The position numbers and the translations under genes are program-made. Below, one piece after another: positions 1-10,125 of a stretch of 64,000 nt of DNA. The DNA comes from Planctomycetota bacterium (GTDB lineage: Bacteria; Planctomycetota; Phycisphaerae; FEN-1346). The DNA is taken from the NCBI GenBank assembly GCA_030602705.1, contig JAUVZF010000006.1:12223-76222 (forward strand), given 5' to 3'. Position 1 is the stretch's first letter. Every line of letters starts with the position of its first letter. The notes under the pieces are model-generated. The model did no database searches. It was not told the origin of the DNA and saw only the letters and a program-made list of their open reading frames with translations.

Positions 1-2736
1 AAGGACGGGTTCTTTGGGCACGCCTCTCATAAGTTCGATGGCGGTGATGTTGTCGCGTACGCTCTTGGTATCGCCGAGTTTGTACTTGCAGTAGTGGAGG
101 TTGTAGGCCCGCTCCCACCAGTCGTTGGGCTCGATGCTATCGACCTTCCTGAGGACGCGCCAGCGGTCGAGGGCGGCCTCGTAGTTCGGCTTGGCCTGCG
201 CCGGATCTACAGCGGTGTCGCCCATGCCCTGGAAGGCGCGGGCCTGGCCGTAGATGCAGTCCTCCTTGAGCAGATCGCCTTTCTTCTTGGGCTTGTGGGG
301 GTCGAGGCCTCCGATGTCGCGGTAGATCTGAACGGCGCCGGCATAGTTGCCGACGGCCAGGTACAGTTCGGCGAGGTCGTAGCGGGAGTTCTCGATCTCG
401 AGGGCCTTGTTGGGGACCTTGCTCTTTTCAAGCCACTCGAGGTACCGGTCGCCGAGGATTTTGGCCTGCTCGACCTTGACGCCGGCGAGTTTGGTCTGCC
501 GGCGTTTGATGAGGCTGCGGACCTCGTCGGTCGAGGCGGCAAACACGCCCGCCAGCACCGGCCCGACTTTCTCGGGTTCGGCGACGGTGAGGAAGCGATC
601 GAGGATCTTCCGTGCTTCGTCCAACCGGCCGAGTTTCTGAAGGGCGTCGATCCGCAGTTTCAGGACGTTGCCGAGCGTCTCTTCCGAGAGTTTGAACTTC
701 TTCTCGATGGCGTCGAGGACCGGCAGGGCGTCGGCCGCCAGCCCGACTTCCTGGTACAGGTAGACGTCGGCCGCATTGACGTAGGCCCCTTCGGCCCAGT
801 CGAGCAACTGTTCCTTCTTCCCGTCCGGCAGTTTGGAGTTCTGGACGCTGAAGGCGTAGTCGGCATAGGCGAGCAGCGCCTTGGCGACGGTGCGCGCGCC
901 GCTGAGCATGAGTTGCGGGTCGCGCGAGGGCAGGATATTGTCGCGGAAATGTTCGAGGCGGCACAGGGGTATCCAGTACTTGGAGTCGGGGTAATGCTCG
1001 GCCGCCTCGGGCACGCGCGAGAAGGCGTCGGCGGCGTTGACGAAGTCCTTGCCGCGGTACAGGACCAACGCCAGGAAGTACTGCTGATCCGGGTCCTTTT
1101 CGCCCCATTGGGCGATGAACCATCGGAGGGCTTTCTCGTAGGCGAGCCGGTTCTCCTCGGTCTGCTCCTTCTCGTAGACTTCCCCGGCAACCTTGACGGC
1201 GTAGCCGGCGGCGGCGGAGGCGTACTTGTACTTGGGGAACTGGTCGGCTACCGTCTGGTACAGTACGGCGGCCTCGGCCTTTTGACCGAGGGTCAGCAGG
1301 CAGTAGGCGCGGTAGTAGAGGGCGGCGGCGTAGTTGGGGTCCTTGGAGCCGACCCCGTCGGCGTAGGCCTTGAAGAGGCCCTCGGCCTCGCGCATCTTAT
1401 CGGCGTTCTCGGTCTTCTGGGCCGCGGCCAGGGCGTCGTTGGCCTCGATCCAGAGTTGGAACGGCGCCCGCTCCACCGCGGGCGTCTCGCCGAGCAGGTC
1501 TTTCAGGATCCACTGGACGAGCATGGGCCAGGGGTTGTCGCGTTTGTGGACCTCCTTGAAGATCGTCATCCCCTTGTCTTCGAGACCCTGCTGGTTCTTG
1601 GCTTTGCCTTCGAGGACGTAGCTCTCGGCCTTGACCAGGGGCATCGACAGGCCGTACAGGCTGGCGTCCAGTTTGTCCTTGAATCGGCCGGTGGCCTCGT
1701 CGATGGCTTGGCGTGCCTTCTCGTGCTCGCCCTTTCGCATGAGGGTGACGGCCCGCTCGTAGGCGACGCGGATCCGCACCTGGTCCTTCCAGGCCTCTCG
1801 CTGCTTGACGCGGTCGGAGGCGTTGGGATCGGTCGGAGACGGGTTGGCCATCGCGAACGTCTGGAGGGCCTCCTCGTACTTGCCGAGTTCGCGGTACGCC
1901 ATGCCGCTGACCATGTGGGCGTACCACTTGGCCGAGACCCGGTCGGGCATGTCAACATAGGCCTGAAAGGCGGTGATGGAATCGTTCAGGATCTCGTCGC
2001 GAGTGCGCTTGCCCTTGGGCGGCTTGTAATCCTTGGGAAGAATCCAGCCGTAGTAGTAGGTGGCCCAGGCGTTGGCGAACCTGGCATCGCGCTGGAGGTT
2101 GCGAACCCTGCGTGTCTGGCCGGAATTGACGTACGTTTTCCGCTGGTCTTCCGGCAGTTGGTCGAGGGTCGAGAGCCAGATCTCGGCGCCGCTGATGGTG
2201 GCGGTGTACTGCTCGTTGGCGATACGGAGCAGTTCGGCGGCGCGCCCGAGGCCACCGCTCCGACAGTTGGTCACCTCGAGGAACTCCAGGTCGTCCCTCA
2301 GCCACTCCTGGAAGATCATTTTAGCCAGTTCGAGGTGGACGTTCAGGAGGGCCTGCCGGGCCTCGTTCATCTCCTCAATGCGGTCGGCCGAGATGGCCGC
2401 CACCGCCTTTTCGGCGTCGGCGATGGCGCCCTCGTACAGTTTGCGGGCGTTCTGAAAGGCCTCGTCGCGTGCAGCCATGTTCTTATTCTTGGCCCGGCGG
2501 GCGTCTTCGACCTGAAACCGGGCCAGCGCCAGTTGGTTGCTCTCGGACGGCTCGGCGCCGGGTTGGGCGGCGACGGCTGCGCCACGCTGCTTCAGATAGG
2601 TCCCCATCAGGGTCCGCAGGCCGCGCTCTTCAAGGCCCTTATAGAACGGGTCGTCCGCCGCCGTGGCAGCGCGGACCGCCGTCCCGCAAGCCAACACGAG
2701 ACCCGCGAGGAGCCAGATCCTCCAGACCCGTCGCAT
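1..2736 (-). CDS. Large TPR-repeat protein with N-terminal signal peptide (partial; C-terminus beyond window start)
   Basis: Manual minus-strand translation from the ATG at 2736 reads cleanly to position 1 (912 codons). N-terminus MRRVWRIWLLAGLVLACGTAVRAATAADDP is signal-peptide-like. Many TPR-like motifs (e.g. AALYYRAYCLLTLGQKAEA). Absent from the ORF track because it has no in-window stop. The 1296-aa plus-strand ORF 94..3984 is its low-complexity antisense. Confidence 0.8.
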   Translation of the reverse strand, partial: MRRVWRIWLLAGLVLACGTAVRAATAADDPFYKGLEERGLRTLMGTYLKQRGAAVAAQPGAEPSESNQLALARFQVEDARRAKNKNMAARDEAFQNARKLYEGAIADAEKAVAAISADRIEEMNEARQALLNVHLELAKMIFQEWLRDDLEFLEVTNCRSGGLGRAAELLRIANEQYTATISGAEIWLSTLDQLPEDQRKTYVNSGQTRRVRNLQRDARFANAWATYYYGWILPKDYKPPKGKRTRDEILNDSITAFQAYVDMPDRVSAKWYAHMVSGMAYRELGKYEEALQTFAMANPSPTDPNASDRVKQREAWKDQVRIRVAYERAVTLMRKGEHEKARQAIDEATGRFKDKLDASLYGLSMPLVKAESYVLEGKAKNQQGLEDKGMTIFKEVHKRDNPWPMLVQWILKDLLGETPAVERAPFQLWIEANDALAAAQKTENADKMREAEGLFKAYADGVGSKDPNYAAALYYRAYCLLTLGQKAEAAVLYQTVADQFPKYKYASAAAGYAVKVAGEVYEKEQTEENRLAYEKALRWFIAQWGEKDPDQQYFLALVLYRGKDFVNAADAFSRVPEAAEHYPDSKYWIPLCRLEHFRDNILPSRDPQLMLSGARTVAKALLAYADYAFSVQNSKLPDGKKEQLLDWAEGAYVNAADVYLYQEVGLAADALPVLDAIEKKFKLSEETLGNVLKLRIDALQKLGRLDEARKILDRFLTVAEPEKVGPVLAGVFAASTDEVRSLIKRRQTKLAGVKVEQAKILGDRYLEWLEKSKVPNKALEIENSRYDLAELYLAVGNYAGAVQIYRDIGGLDPHKPKKKGDLLKEDCIYGQARAFQGMGDTAVDPAQAKPNYEAALDRWRVLRKVDSIEPNDWWERAYNLHYCKYKLGDTKSVRDNITAIELMRGVPKEPVL

Positions 2737-2859
2737 CACCTTGAGCCCGTTCCATCGGTTAGGGTGACCGGGTGGTGCCGTCACCGGAGGGCCCCGTGCC
2801 CTCCGGTCCCAGCCAACGTGTCCCCCGCCTTTCACCGGGCACCGCGCTGCCCGGTCGGA

Positions 2860-3315
2860 TCATTCGTAAGGCACCGCGAACCGAATATCCTCAAACCTCG
2901 CCGCTACGGCGGCATCCATGGCCCGAACCACCCACCTGTGGCGGGTGGCCCTCGTCGGCTCAATCAAAACCGGAAACGCCGACGCGAGGCCCCGCCGCTT
3001 AAGGTCCTCAAGCGCCGATTGCAGGGCCTTGAAGTTCGCCCCCAGAACCTGACGGTCGTTCAGGACGATTCGTACGCCTTTACCCTCAGGCCCCTGGTCA
3101 TGGAGTTCGATGCGGACGTACTGGATATCGGGCGGCGGGCTTCCCAGATCACGGGGCCCAAGATCCGTCGGCAAGTTCGTCGTCAGGTAGCCCTCGACGG
3201 CGGCATAACTCGGCATCAACAAGAAGAAGATGAGCAGTTGGAAGACGCAATCGATCATGCCCGTCATGGGCAGCGGCATTCGAGACCGGCGGGTCGGCCT
3301 GGCCGCCTCGGCCAT
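2860..3315 (-). CDS. exbD: Biopolymer transport protein ExbD/TolR family (copy 1)
   Basis: N-terminal TM (MIDCVFQLLIFFLL) and ExbD-like periplasmic domain. ATG at 3315 preceded by AAGGAGGTG RBS. The track ORF extends to 3363. Confidence 0.8.
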   Translation of the reverse strand: MAEAARPTRRSRMPLPMTGMIDCVFQLLIFFLLMPSYAAVEGYLTTNLPTDLGPRDLGSPPPDIQYVRIELHDQGPEGKGVRIVLNDRQVLGANFKALQSALEDLKRRGLASAFPVLIEPTRATRHRWVVRAMDAAVAARFEDIRFAVPYE

Positions 3316-3567
3316 CGGGCACCTCCTTGCCTTCCGGACAGTGCTCACCTGCGCCTGATGCATCCGGCACAGGTCGGAGCCGAGATGCGCCGCCGTTGCG
3401 TCGCCATCCGCTCTCCATATGTATTACGTTCGTCGCACCTCCTCGTTTCAGGAGTAATCCGGAAAGTTGCCTTCGTGTTTGGCGCGGCGGGTATCCTCGC
3501 CCGTAACGGTTGCGTGGTGGGTGGGGACACCCGCCACGCGACGCCTGCAGACCGCAGGCCCGGCTCG

Positions 3568-4020
3568 CTAGTCGTACGGGACGCCGAAGTGGATGTTCTT
3601 AAAGCGTGCGACCACGGCCATGTCGAACGCCCGAACCACCCACTTGTGCCGGGTGCCCATCCACGGCGAAATCAGGACGGGGTGGTCGGCGGGCAATCCC
3701 CGCGCCTTCAGGCCCTGCAGCGCCGCCAGGAGCCCACCGAAGTTACTGCCGAACACCTGGGTGTCGTTCAGAACGATGTTGACGCCCCTGTTGTCGTTGT
3801 CGGGGAGTTCCAACTCGATCTTGATGCGCTGGACGTCCTTCTGCTGCTTGCCGGCGACGGGCCCGGATGTGTCCGGCAAGTTCGTCGTCAGATATCCTTC
3901 GCCTGCCTGCTGGTTGGGGATGAGCAGGAAGAAGATGATCAACAGGAAGACGATGTCGATCATGGGGGTCATGGGCGGCTGTAACTTTTTCGGCTGTTCG
4001 CGCCGTTCCGCTCTGGCCAT
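3568..4020 (-). CDS. exbD: Biopolymer transport protein ExbD/TolR family (copy 2)
   Basis: MTPMIDIVFLLIIFFLL TM segment. C-terminal ...HFGVPYD is paralogous to copy 1 (...RFAVPYE). GAAGGAG RBS upstream of ATG at 4020. Confidence 0.85.
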   Translation of the reverse strand: MARAERREQPKKLQPPMTPMIDIVFLLIIFFLLIPNQQAGEGYLTTNLPDTSGPVAGKQQKDVQRIKIELELPDNDNRGVNIVLNDTQVFGSNFGGLLAALQGLKARGLPADHPVLISPWMGTRHKWVVRAFDMAVVARFKNIHFGVPYD

Positions 4021-4117
4021 CCTAAGGCTCCTTCATGCCGCACGCGCCCTCGCTCGCACGTCTGCCATCCCGGGTGCCACTCGCCGTGGCCAGTGGCGCC
4101 CGGCGCAAGCAGCGTCG

Positions 4118-4585
4118 CTAGTCCAGGAGGTCTTCCGGTTCCTCAATGTCGGTGGTGATCCACCACCCTTGGATCTCGGCGCGGCCGGCGGCCAGCATGA
4201 CGCTGGCGACGACCTCGTAGGGGACCATCTCATCGGCCCGGAGGATCACGTTCAGTTTTTCGCCGGTCTCGAGGATGGTGGCTTTCCGGGCCTTCAGGAG
4301 CGACGAGAGTTCGTTGTCGCCGTCGATGACGAGGTAGGCAACCGGCTTGCCCATCACAATCACCTCGGGGTTGTCCGGTTTGACGACGTTGATGATGACG
4401 TTGCGGTACTGGAACGGGTCCTTGGGTTCGGCGGCAATGGACATCGGCAGGACAACCTGCTCGATCTCCAACTGCTGGAACTGGGCGGTCAGGACGAAGA
4501 AGATGAGCAACTGGAAGACGATGTCGATCAGCGGGGTCATGTTCATGCTGACGGCGCCGGTGCCCCGACGTTTTGCTTGAGCCAT
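4118..4585 (-). CDS. exbD: Biopolymer transport protein ExbD/TolR family (copy 3)
   Basis: MTPLIDIVFQLLIFFVL TM segment. AAAGGAAC RBS before ATG at 4585. Confidence 0.85.
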   Translation of the reverse strand: MAQAKRRGTGAVSMNMTPLIDIVFQLLIFFVLTAQFQQLEIEQVVLPMSIAAEPKDPFQYRNVIINVVKPDNPEVIVMGKPVAYLVIDGDNELSSLLKARKATILETGEKLNVILRADEMVPYEVVASVMLAAGRAEIQGWWITTDIEEPEDLLD

Positions 4586-4654
4586 GGCTCGTTCCTTTCA
4601 AGACCGACGTTCGAAACGGCCGGCGGGCCTGCGGGCCCCCGCGCCACCCGGCGG

Positions 4655-5413
4655 TTACTCGCCGGCCGACGGTCTGAAGTTGGCCAGGAGTTCCTCGGCC
4701 ACCAGGGCGGCCTCCATCGACATCTGCTCGATGCGGCTGCGGAAGATGCCGTAGCCCGCCAGGGCCGGAATGGCCACCACCAGCCCGGAGAACGTCGAGA
4801 ACAGGGCGATCATGATACCGCCGGCCAGGTCTTCGGGGCTCGCCTTGCCGCCCTTGGCCTCGATCTCGCCGAACGCCACGATCATGCCCCAGACGGTCCC
4901 GAGCAGGCCGAGCATGGGGGCGACGTTTCCGAGGAGGTTCAGCCACTCGATCTTGCGGTAGAGGCGTGCGCTGCGTTCGCCGGTGGCGTCCTGCATGGCG
5001 TCTTCCATGGCCTCGTATCCGTTGGCCGCCTCGATCAGACCGGCGTGGACCACGCCCGAGATAAAGGACGGATCGGCCTGGCAGAACTCCAGGGCCTCGC
5101 GGAACCGCCGCTCGTCGAACATCGTCTTGACCTGCGCCACCGACAGTTCGGGCACGATGACCGACCGGCGGATCGTGATGGCGTGCTCGATGATCAACGC
5201 AATCGAGGCGATCGAGCACAGGTAGATGACCATCATGACCGAGAAGCCGATCGCGTCGGTGAACGTCGCCTTCTCCATAATGCCGAAGAGGGTCCGCCGG
5301 ACCACCCTGGCCTCCTCGGCCATCGCCGGGCTCGAGACCGCCAGGACCACCACGATCGCGACCCCGAGCAGGATGAGCGCCCTTTTCTTACCCATGTGCG
5401 TGAACTCCTTCAT
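4655..5413 (-). CDS. exbB: MotA/TolQ/ExbB proton-channel family protein
   Basis: Three TM helices and the conserved C-terminal region (NLLGNVAPMLGLLGTVWGMIVAF...ALFSTFSGLVVAIPA) typical of ExbB/TolQ. GGGGGA RBS before ATG at 5413. Confidence 0.85.
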   Translation of the reverse strand: MKEFTHMGKKRALILLGVAIVVVLAVSSPAMAEEARVVRRTLFGIMEKATFTDAIGFSVMMVIYLCSIASIALIIEHAITIRRSVIVPELSVAQVKTMFDERRFREALEFCQADPSFISGVVHAGLIEAANGYEAMEDAMQDATGERSARLYRKIEWLNLLGNVAPMLGLLGTVWGMIVAFGEIEAKGGKASPEDLAGGIMIALFSTFSGLVVAIPALAGYGIFRSRIEQMSMEAALVAEELLANFRPSAGE

Positions 5414-5473
5414 CGAATGTCCCCCGAATCCGGTGTGCGTAGGTTCCCCTTGTCTGGTTCGTCGGCCCGGGCC

Positions 5474-6523
5474 TTATTTCGACCCGAGACGGGCAAGTTC
5501 GCGTCTGGCGCGTTCGGCGCCGGCGGTGCCGGGGTATTTCCGGACGGCTTCGTTGTACACGCTGACGATTTCCTCGCGCGGCGCTTTGGCGTCGCGCAGC
5601 GCCTGTCCGGCTCGCCAGAGAGCGTCGGCGGTGCGGCTGCGGTCTGCGGCAGGATACAGGATCGGCACCTTCATAAACTCCAGCGCCGCCTCCAAATGCT
5701 TGCCCCCGGTCAGGCGGACCCTCCCCCGCCAGTAAGCCATCTCGGCCTTTCCCGAGTCGCCGACGGCCGCCTCCATCTGGTCCAGCCATTTCGCGGCCTC
5801 GTCGGTTTTGCCGGTGGTGAGCAGCAGTTCGAGTTTGCGGATCATGGCCGAGATACGGACTTTCGGGTCGCTGCTCACGAGCAGCGGCTCCAGCAGGAGC
5901 AGAACCTCTTCGGGTTTGCCCTCGAGCACGAGCAGGGCCACGCGGAAGTTCCTGAGCGCATCGGCGTACGGTTTGCCGGCCGCTCCGGCGACAGCCCGCT
6001 CGACCTTGGCGAGCATCGCCTTGTTCGCCTGGTGATCGTTCTCGTCGGGGGCGGGCAGGTTGAGGTCGGCTACCAGCCTCGGGCTGTTGCGTGCCATTTT
6101 GAGGTAGACGTCGAGGGCCTCGGTCGCGCGGCCGGATTCGGCGTACACTTTGTACATCCGCCACTGGACCACCACTCGCAACCAGGCGGGGGCGCCCTTG
6201 CGAAGGAGCCCCTGATAGAGTTTCCCGGCCTCATCGAACGCCTTCGGATTGCCGCCCACGCCCTTGGCGTAGGCCTCCTCGGCCCTCTTCAGGTCGGGGT
6301 ACTTGTCGGCCCGGATGTCCCGGATATCGGCAAGCGGCACGATGCGCTTTATTCGGTTGCCCTCTTTGACGACCAGACCGCCTCCGACCACGCCGACGAT
6401 CTCGCCGGTGTACCCGATGCCGGCCTCGGTGCGGACCCGGTCGGCGTGTGCAGCGGCGACCAGGGCCGGCACGATCGCGGCAGCCAGGACGACGAGGTAG
6501 GGTTTAGTTTGCCAGTGTCGCAA
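5474..6523 (-). CDS. Secreted TPR-like repeat protein
   Basis: Coding-like ORF with TPR-like helical repeats. Probable TTG start at 6523 (GAGG RBS) gives a signal peptide (M)RHWQTKPYLVVLAAAIVPALVAAAHA. The track's GTG at 6592 would overlap the upstream vWA gene by 88 nt. Confidence 0.65.
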   Translation of the reverse strand: MRHWQTKPYLVVLAAAIVPALVAAAHADRVRTEAGIGYTGEIVGVVGGGLVVKEGNRIKRIVPLADIRDIRADKYPDLKRAEEAYAKGVGGNPKAFDEAGKLYQGLLRKGAPAWLRVVVQWRMYKVYAESGRATEALDVYLKMARNSPRLVADLNLPAPDENDHQANKAMLAKVERAVAGAAGKPYADALRNFRVALLVLEGKPEEVLLLLEPLLVSSDPKVRISAMIRKLELLLTTGKTDEAAKWLDQMEAAVGDSGKAEMAYWRGRVRLTGGKHLEAALEFMKVPILYPAADRSRTADALWRAGQALRDAKAPREEIVSVYNEAVRKYPGTAGAERARRELARLGSK

Positions 6524-7601
6524 GGTCCGCCTCGGATACGAACTTGTAGTTTCCGTTGTTCTGCTCGGCGATCGTCTTGAGGACCTCCTCACCGGTTCGG
6601 TAGAGGAAGCCGATGGTGTGCACCGTGATCTTGTCGCCCACGTTGAGACGTTTGACGAGTCCGATGATAGCCTTGTCGAACTCGCCGTCGGTCAAGAGGT
6701 AGATCAATTCGGGCGCGACGGCGAAGGCCCGATCCAGGGCTTTGGAGGGGTCGGTCTCGCCCTGGGGGATGATGCCGTCCACGAACTCAAAGGCCAACTG
6801 CTTGTTGCGGTCCGTGCCGTTGACGAGCCGCCGGGTGGGCATCTCGACCGGCGGGCCGGAGGAATAGAAGATGATGTGAAACGCGGTGTCTTCGCCAAGT
6901 TCGCCGATACTGCGTTTCAACTCGAACTTCACGTAGTCGATCGAGTCGGTCATGCTGCCGGAGCGGTCCACGACGTAAACGATCTTGTGGGCGATCTCGG
7001 TCTCGACGGTTCCGAAGAACCCGTGGCCGCCGTCGCCCAGACCCTCGAAGCCGCCGATGACGTTCCCGCCGCCCCCCACGCCGATGACCTTGAGTATTTG
7101 CATCCGGTTCGACGCAACGTCCGGGACCGGGTTCTGCGTGAACTGGCGAACGATGCTCGAGGGCTGCGGCTTCAGTTTGCCGCGAGACTGCTGCTTCAGA
7201 CGCTTACGCTTCAGCGTCTTGTGCTTGGTCTCGGCGATCACTTCGCTCTTGTACTTGAAAGGCGGCTGGATGGTGTGGGTCTGCCAGACCATGAACGCGG
7301 CCAGGATGAAGACGGCGGCATGAAGAACAACGCTCGTGCCCCAACTGGGAAGGTACAGGGCCAGCCAGCCCATGACGGTGTCCATGCCGCCTTCCGGCCC
7401 TTCTTCTTCCGCCTGGGCGGCCTCGACGGGTTCGGCCTCGGCCACGGGCGCCTCTTCAACCATGCCCTCGGGCTCGGTCACCTGCGCGTCGTCGGGCACG
7501 GCGATCGCCTGGTTGCAGTGCGGGCACATGACCTCGGACCCCGGCACGTCGTCCACCGTGACCCGCTTGCCGCATTTGGCACAGCGAAATCTGAAGGCCA
7601 T
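6504..7601 (-). CDS. Zinc-ribbon / TM / von Willebrand factor A (vWA) domain protein
   Basis: N-terminal C-x2-C...C-x2-C zinc ribbon (CAKCGK...CPHCNQ), acidic linker, TM helix, C-terminal vWA domain with MIDAS motif DRSGSM. GAAGGAGGTG RBS before ATG at 7601. Confidence 0.8.
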   Translation of the reverse strand: MAFRFRCAKCGKRVTVDDVPGSEVMCPHCNQAIAVPDDAQVTEPEGMVEEAPVAEAEPVEAAQAEEEGPEGGMDTVMGWLALYLPSWGTSVVLHAAVFILAAFMVWQTHTIQPPFKYKSEVIAETKHKTLKRKRLKQQSRGKLKPQPSSIVRQFTQNPVPDVASNRMQILKVIGVGGGGNVIGGFEGLGDGGHGFFGTVETEIAHKIVYVVDRSGSMTDSIDYVKFELKRSIGELGEDTAFHIIFYSSGPPVEMPTRRLVNGTDRNKQLAFEFVDGIIPQGETDPSKALDRAFAVAPELIYLLTDGEFDKAIIGLVKRLNVGDKITVHTIGFLYRTGEEVLKTIAEQNNGNYKFVSEADLATLAN

Positions 7602-7852
7602 CCGAACACCTCCTTCTTCAGGCCAACACAAGGCGGACTATCTTAGAGGAAACGGGCGGGGCTGTCAATGCACTCTTGCCGCCCCCAAAGCCCTTTTCCG
7701 GGCCCGCCCTTCGGCCCACGCACCATAGAATACGCATGAGACGGCGGGTCGTTCGAGAAAAAATCGGGCGCGGCCTGCAACTCAAGTTCCGGACCAAGGC
7801 CGCCCGATGTATGATGTATAGGGAAGTTGCAGAAAATCCGTCGCGGTAAGGC

Positions 7853-7881
7853 TTGACGGCGCCCGCCGGCCGTCATATCCT
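7853..7881 (+). promoter_or_regulatory. sigma70-like promoter TTGACG-N17-TATCCT upstream of the lipoprotein gene
   Basis: Near-consensus -35/-10 hexamers with 17-nt spacing about 45 nt upstream of ATG 7925, in a divergent intergenic region. Confidence 0.4.
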
Positions 7882-7924
7882 GAAGGGAGTCAGTTTCGTC
7901 GGATACCACAGATAGGAGATAGCT

Positions 7925-8671
7925 ATGAGAAAGGTGCTTCTGTGCGTACTGGTGGCGGCCTGGGCCGTGGCGGCCGTAGGGTGCGCCGGCGACGGCGGAA
8001 AATCCGCCACCGAAAAGGAGTTCCAGAAACTCTACAAGGAGTACTCCGCCCGCTTCCACGAGAAGATGGTGGGAACCGCCGAGACGATGAGGCCTATCCT
8101 GATTACCGCCGAGGCCGCACGCATCTGGGACGAGGTCTTCGGCGCCCGCAAGGACCTCCTCAACCGGCGCGTCGCCGAAGTCCTGAGTCGGCTCGACGAA
8201 GCCGCCCCTTACAACGAGGACCTGTACCTGGAGATCGCCTCGGGCAGCCGCAAGGAACCCAGCGAAGACCAGCCCCAAGGCATCGTCCTGAAGCAGTTTG
8301 TCTGGAGCCCCATCGGGGCAGCGCAGATGGAGTTGAGCAACTTCTTGGCACGCCTGCTCCGGGCCAGGTCGTTCGGCGTCCGTTCGCTCCTGAGCGCCAA
8401 TGCCGGGCTCTTCTGGACCGCCGTCGACCGCAGCATCGATAAGCCGAAACTGCAACAGCGCCAGGGACCCATGATCTTCGAGGTCGAACTGACCCGCGTG
8501 GACGACTACTACCAGGTGGAAAAGGTCCGCTGGCTGAGGCCGAAGTCGATGGGGCCGTTCCCCGTGGCGAAGCCGCCCGAAGGCACAACGCCCGCGACGC
8601 CCGGCGAGAAGCCGCCCGAAAAGCCCGCAGAAAAACCGGCTGAGAAACCGCCCGCCAAGCCCATAGGCTGA
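7925..8671 (+). CDS. Lipoprotein (hypothetical) with C-terminal Pro/Glu/Lys-rich tail
   Basis: AGGAGA RBS. Signal peptide with lipobox (AAVGC). Coding-like composition. PEKPAEKPAEKPPAKP tail. Confidence 0.75.
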   Translation: MRKVLLCVLVAAWAVAAVGCAGDGGKSATEKEFQKLYKEYSARFHEKMVGTAETMRPILITAEAARIWDEVFGARKDLLNRRVAEVLSRLDEAAPYNEDLYLEIASGSRKEPSEDQPQGIVLKQFVWSPIGAAQMELSNFLARLLRARSFGVRSLLSANAGLFWTAVDRSIDKPKLQQRQGPMIFEVELTRVDDYYQVEKVRWLRPKSMGPFPVAKPPEGTTPATPGEKPPEKPAEKPAEKPPAKPIG

Positions 8672-8802
8672 GCGAAGCCGCACGACCACCAGCGCGAGCG
8701 TCCCGCCCACCGGCAGGATGCTCGCGCTTTCATAACGGTGCGCGGCGGGCAATCCTGCCCACGGCGCCCCCCGTTGGCACACTCAACCCTGACGTGCTGT
8801 CG

Positions 8803-9780
8803 TTACACCCCTGCCAGGATCAACGCCAGGTCCTGCTCCGACACGAACTTGTACTCGCCGCCGTTCTGCCTGGCGATCTGTTTCAGGACCCCTTCGGCGG
8901 TCGTGCCCGGCTGCGTGTACAGGAAGCCGATGGTGAAGACCCGCGCGCGGCCGCCGGCGTTCAGACGCTTCACCAGGTCGATGATTCCGCGGTCGAACTC
9001 GCCGTCGGTCAGCAGGTAGATGAGTTCCGGCCGCACGGCGAAGGCACGCTGGAGGGCCTTTGACGGGTCGGTCTCGCCCTCAGGCACGATGCGGTCGATG
9101 AACTCGTAGGCGAGGCCCTTGTTTCGCTGCGTCGCGTGGACGAGGCGGCGGGTTGCCATCTCGACCGGCGGACCGGAGGAGTAGAAGATGACGTGGAACT
9201 CGACGTCTTCGCCCAGTTCGGCAATGCTTCGCGTGAGTTCGGCTTTCACGAAGTCGATCGAGTCGGTCATGCTGCCCGAGCGGTCCACGACGTAGACGAT
9301 CTTGCTGGAAGTCTGCTCAACAGGTGGGAAGATGGTCGGCGAGGAGCCGAAGACGTCGCCAAAGCCTCCCCGACCGCCGCCCGGTGGATTGGGGCCGATT
9401 CCGAAGACCGGATCGTACGCGATCCCTTTCTGCTCGCCAATGCCAGGGATCTTCAGGGCCGACCGTTTGAAGAACGCCTCGTCATTCGGCCGTTCCCGGC
9501 CGCGGGACTGCGGCTGCTCAAACCTCGGCCGGCGTTTCACCGTCGGCGGATGGTCAATGTGAATGAAGCCGACCCTCCAAGGGCCCTCCGCCACGGGTGG
9601 CTCCACCTCGGTTACGATCAAGAACGCCAGCAGCAGCCCGACGGCCACGTGCAGGACAACGCTCGTCCCGTACGTGGGGATGTACAGCGCCACCCACTCC
9701 ACCATGCGATCCCAGGCACGCTCGGTTGAGACGGCGAGGGATGCATCGCTGACACAAACGCTTGAGGGTTGGGGTACCAT
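8803..9780 (-). CDS. TM / vWA-domain protein (paralog of 6504..7601, lacks zinc ribbon)
   Basis: vWA block KIVYVVDRSGSMTDSIDFVKAEL...LTDGEFD is nearly identical to the first vWA protein. ATG at 9780 with GGAGG RBS. The track ORF extends to 9864. Confidence 0.8.
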   Translation of the reverse strand: MVPQPSSVCVSDASLAVSTERAWDRMVEWVALYIPTYGTSVVLHVAVGLLLAFLIVTEVEPPVAEGPWRVGFIHIDHPPTVKRRPRFEQPQSRGRERPNDEAFFKRSALKIPGIGEQKGIAYDPVFGIGPNPPGGGRGGFGDVFGSSPTIFPPVEQTSSKIVYVVDRSGSMTDSIDFVKAELTRSIAELGEDVEFHVIFYSSGPPVEMATRRLVHATQRNKGLAYEFIDRIVPEGETDPSKALQRAFAVRPELIYLLTDGEFDRGIIDLVKRLNAGGRARVFTIGFLYTQPGTTAEGVLKQIARQNGGEYKFVSEQDLALILAGV

Positions 9781-10125
9781 GGCGGGACCTCCTTCCGGGG
9801 CACACTCCCGGCCCCGGCGTTTCGGGTTCACCTTCAATCCCGACGCTCCGCCATGGGCGCCCATCGGCGTCAGTCACATCGGATGTTCCGCATACCTGGA
9901 CGTAAGCCGAGCCGGCGCGTTTCAGACTTTTTCTTTACATGCGCCCGGCCCGTGGCAAGAATGGTTCGCTTCGCAGCAGCCGCAGGCCGAACCGCATTCC
10001 GCACGGCGGCCTTCCCAGGCCGCCGTGAGCAACAGATGCGTGTGTTGCGTGGCTAGCCGCGACTGTCGCGAACCGAGCCGCGACCGTAAGGGAGCGGTTT
10101 CCGTACCGCCTTGGAGGCCATTGCC

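Noticed and set aside
94-3984. 1296-aa plus-strand ORF
   Set aside because: Low-complexity G/V/L/D-rich translation. It is the antisense of the real minus-strand TPR and ExbD genes.
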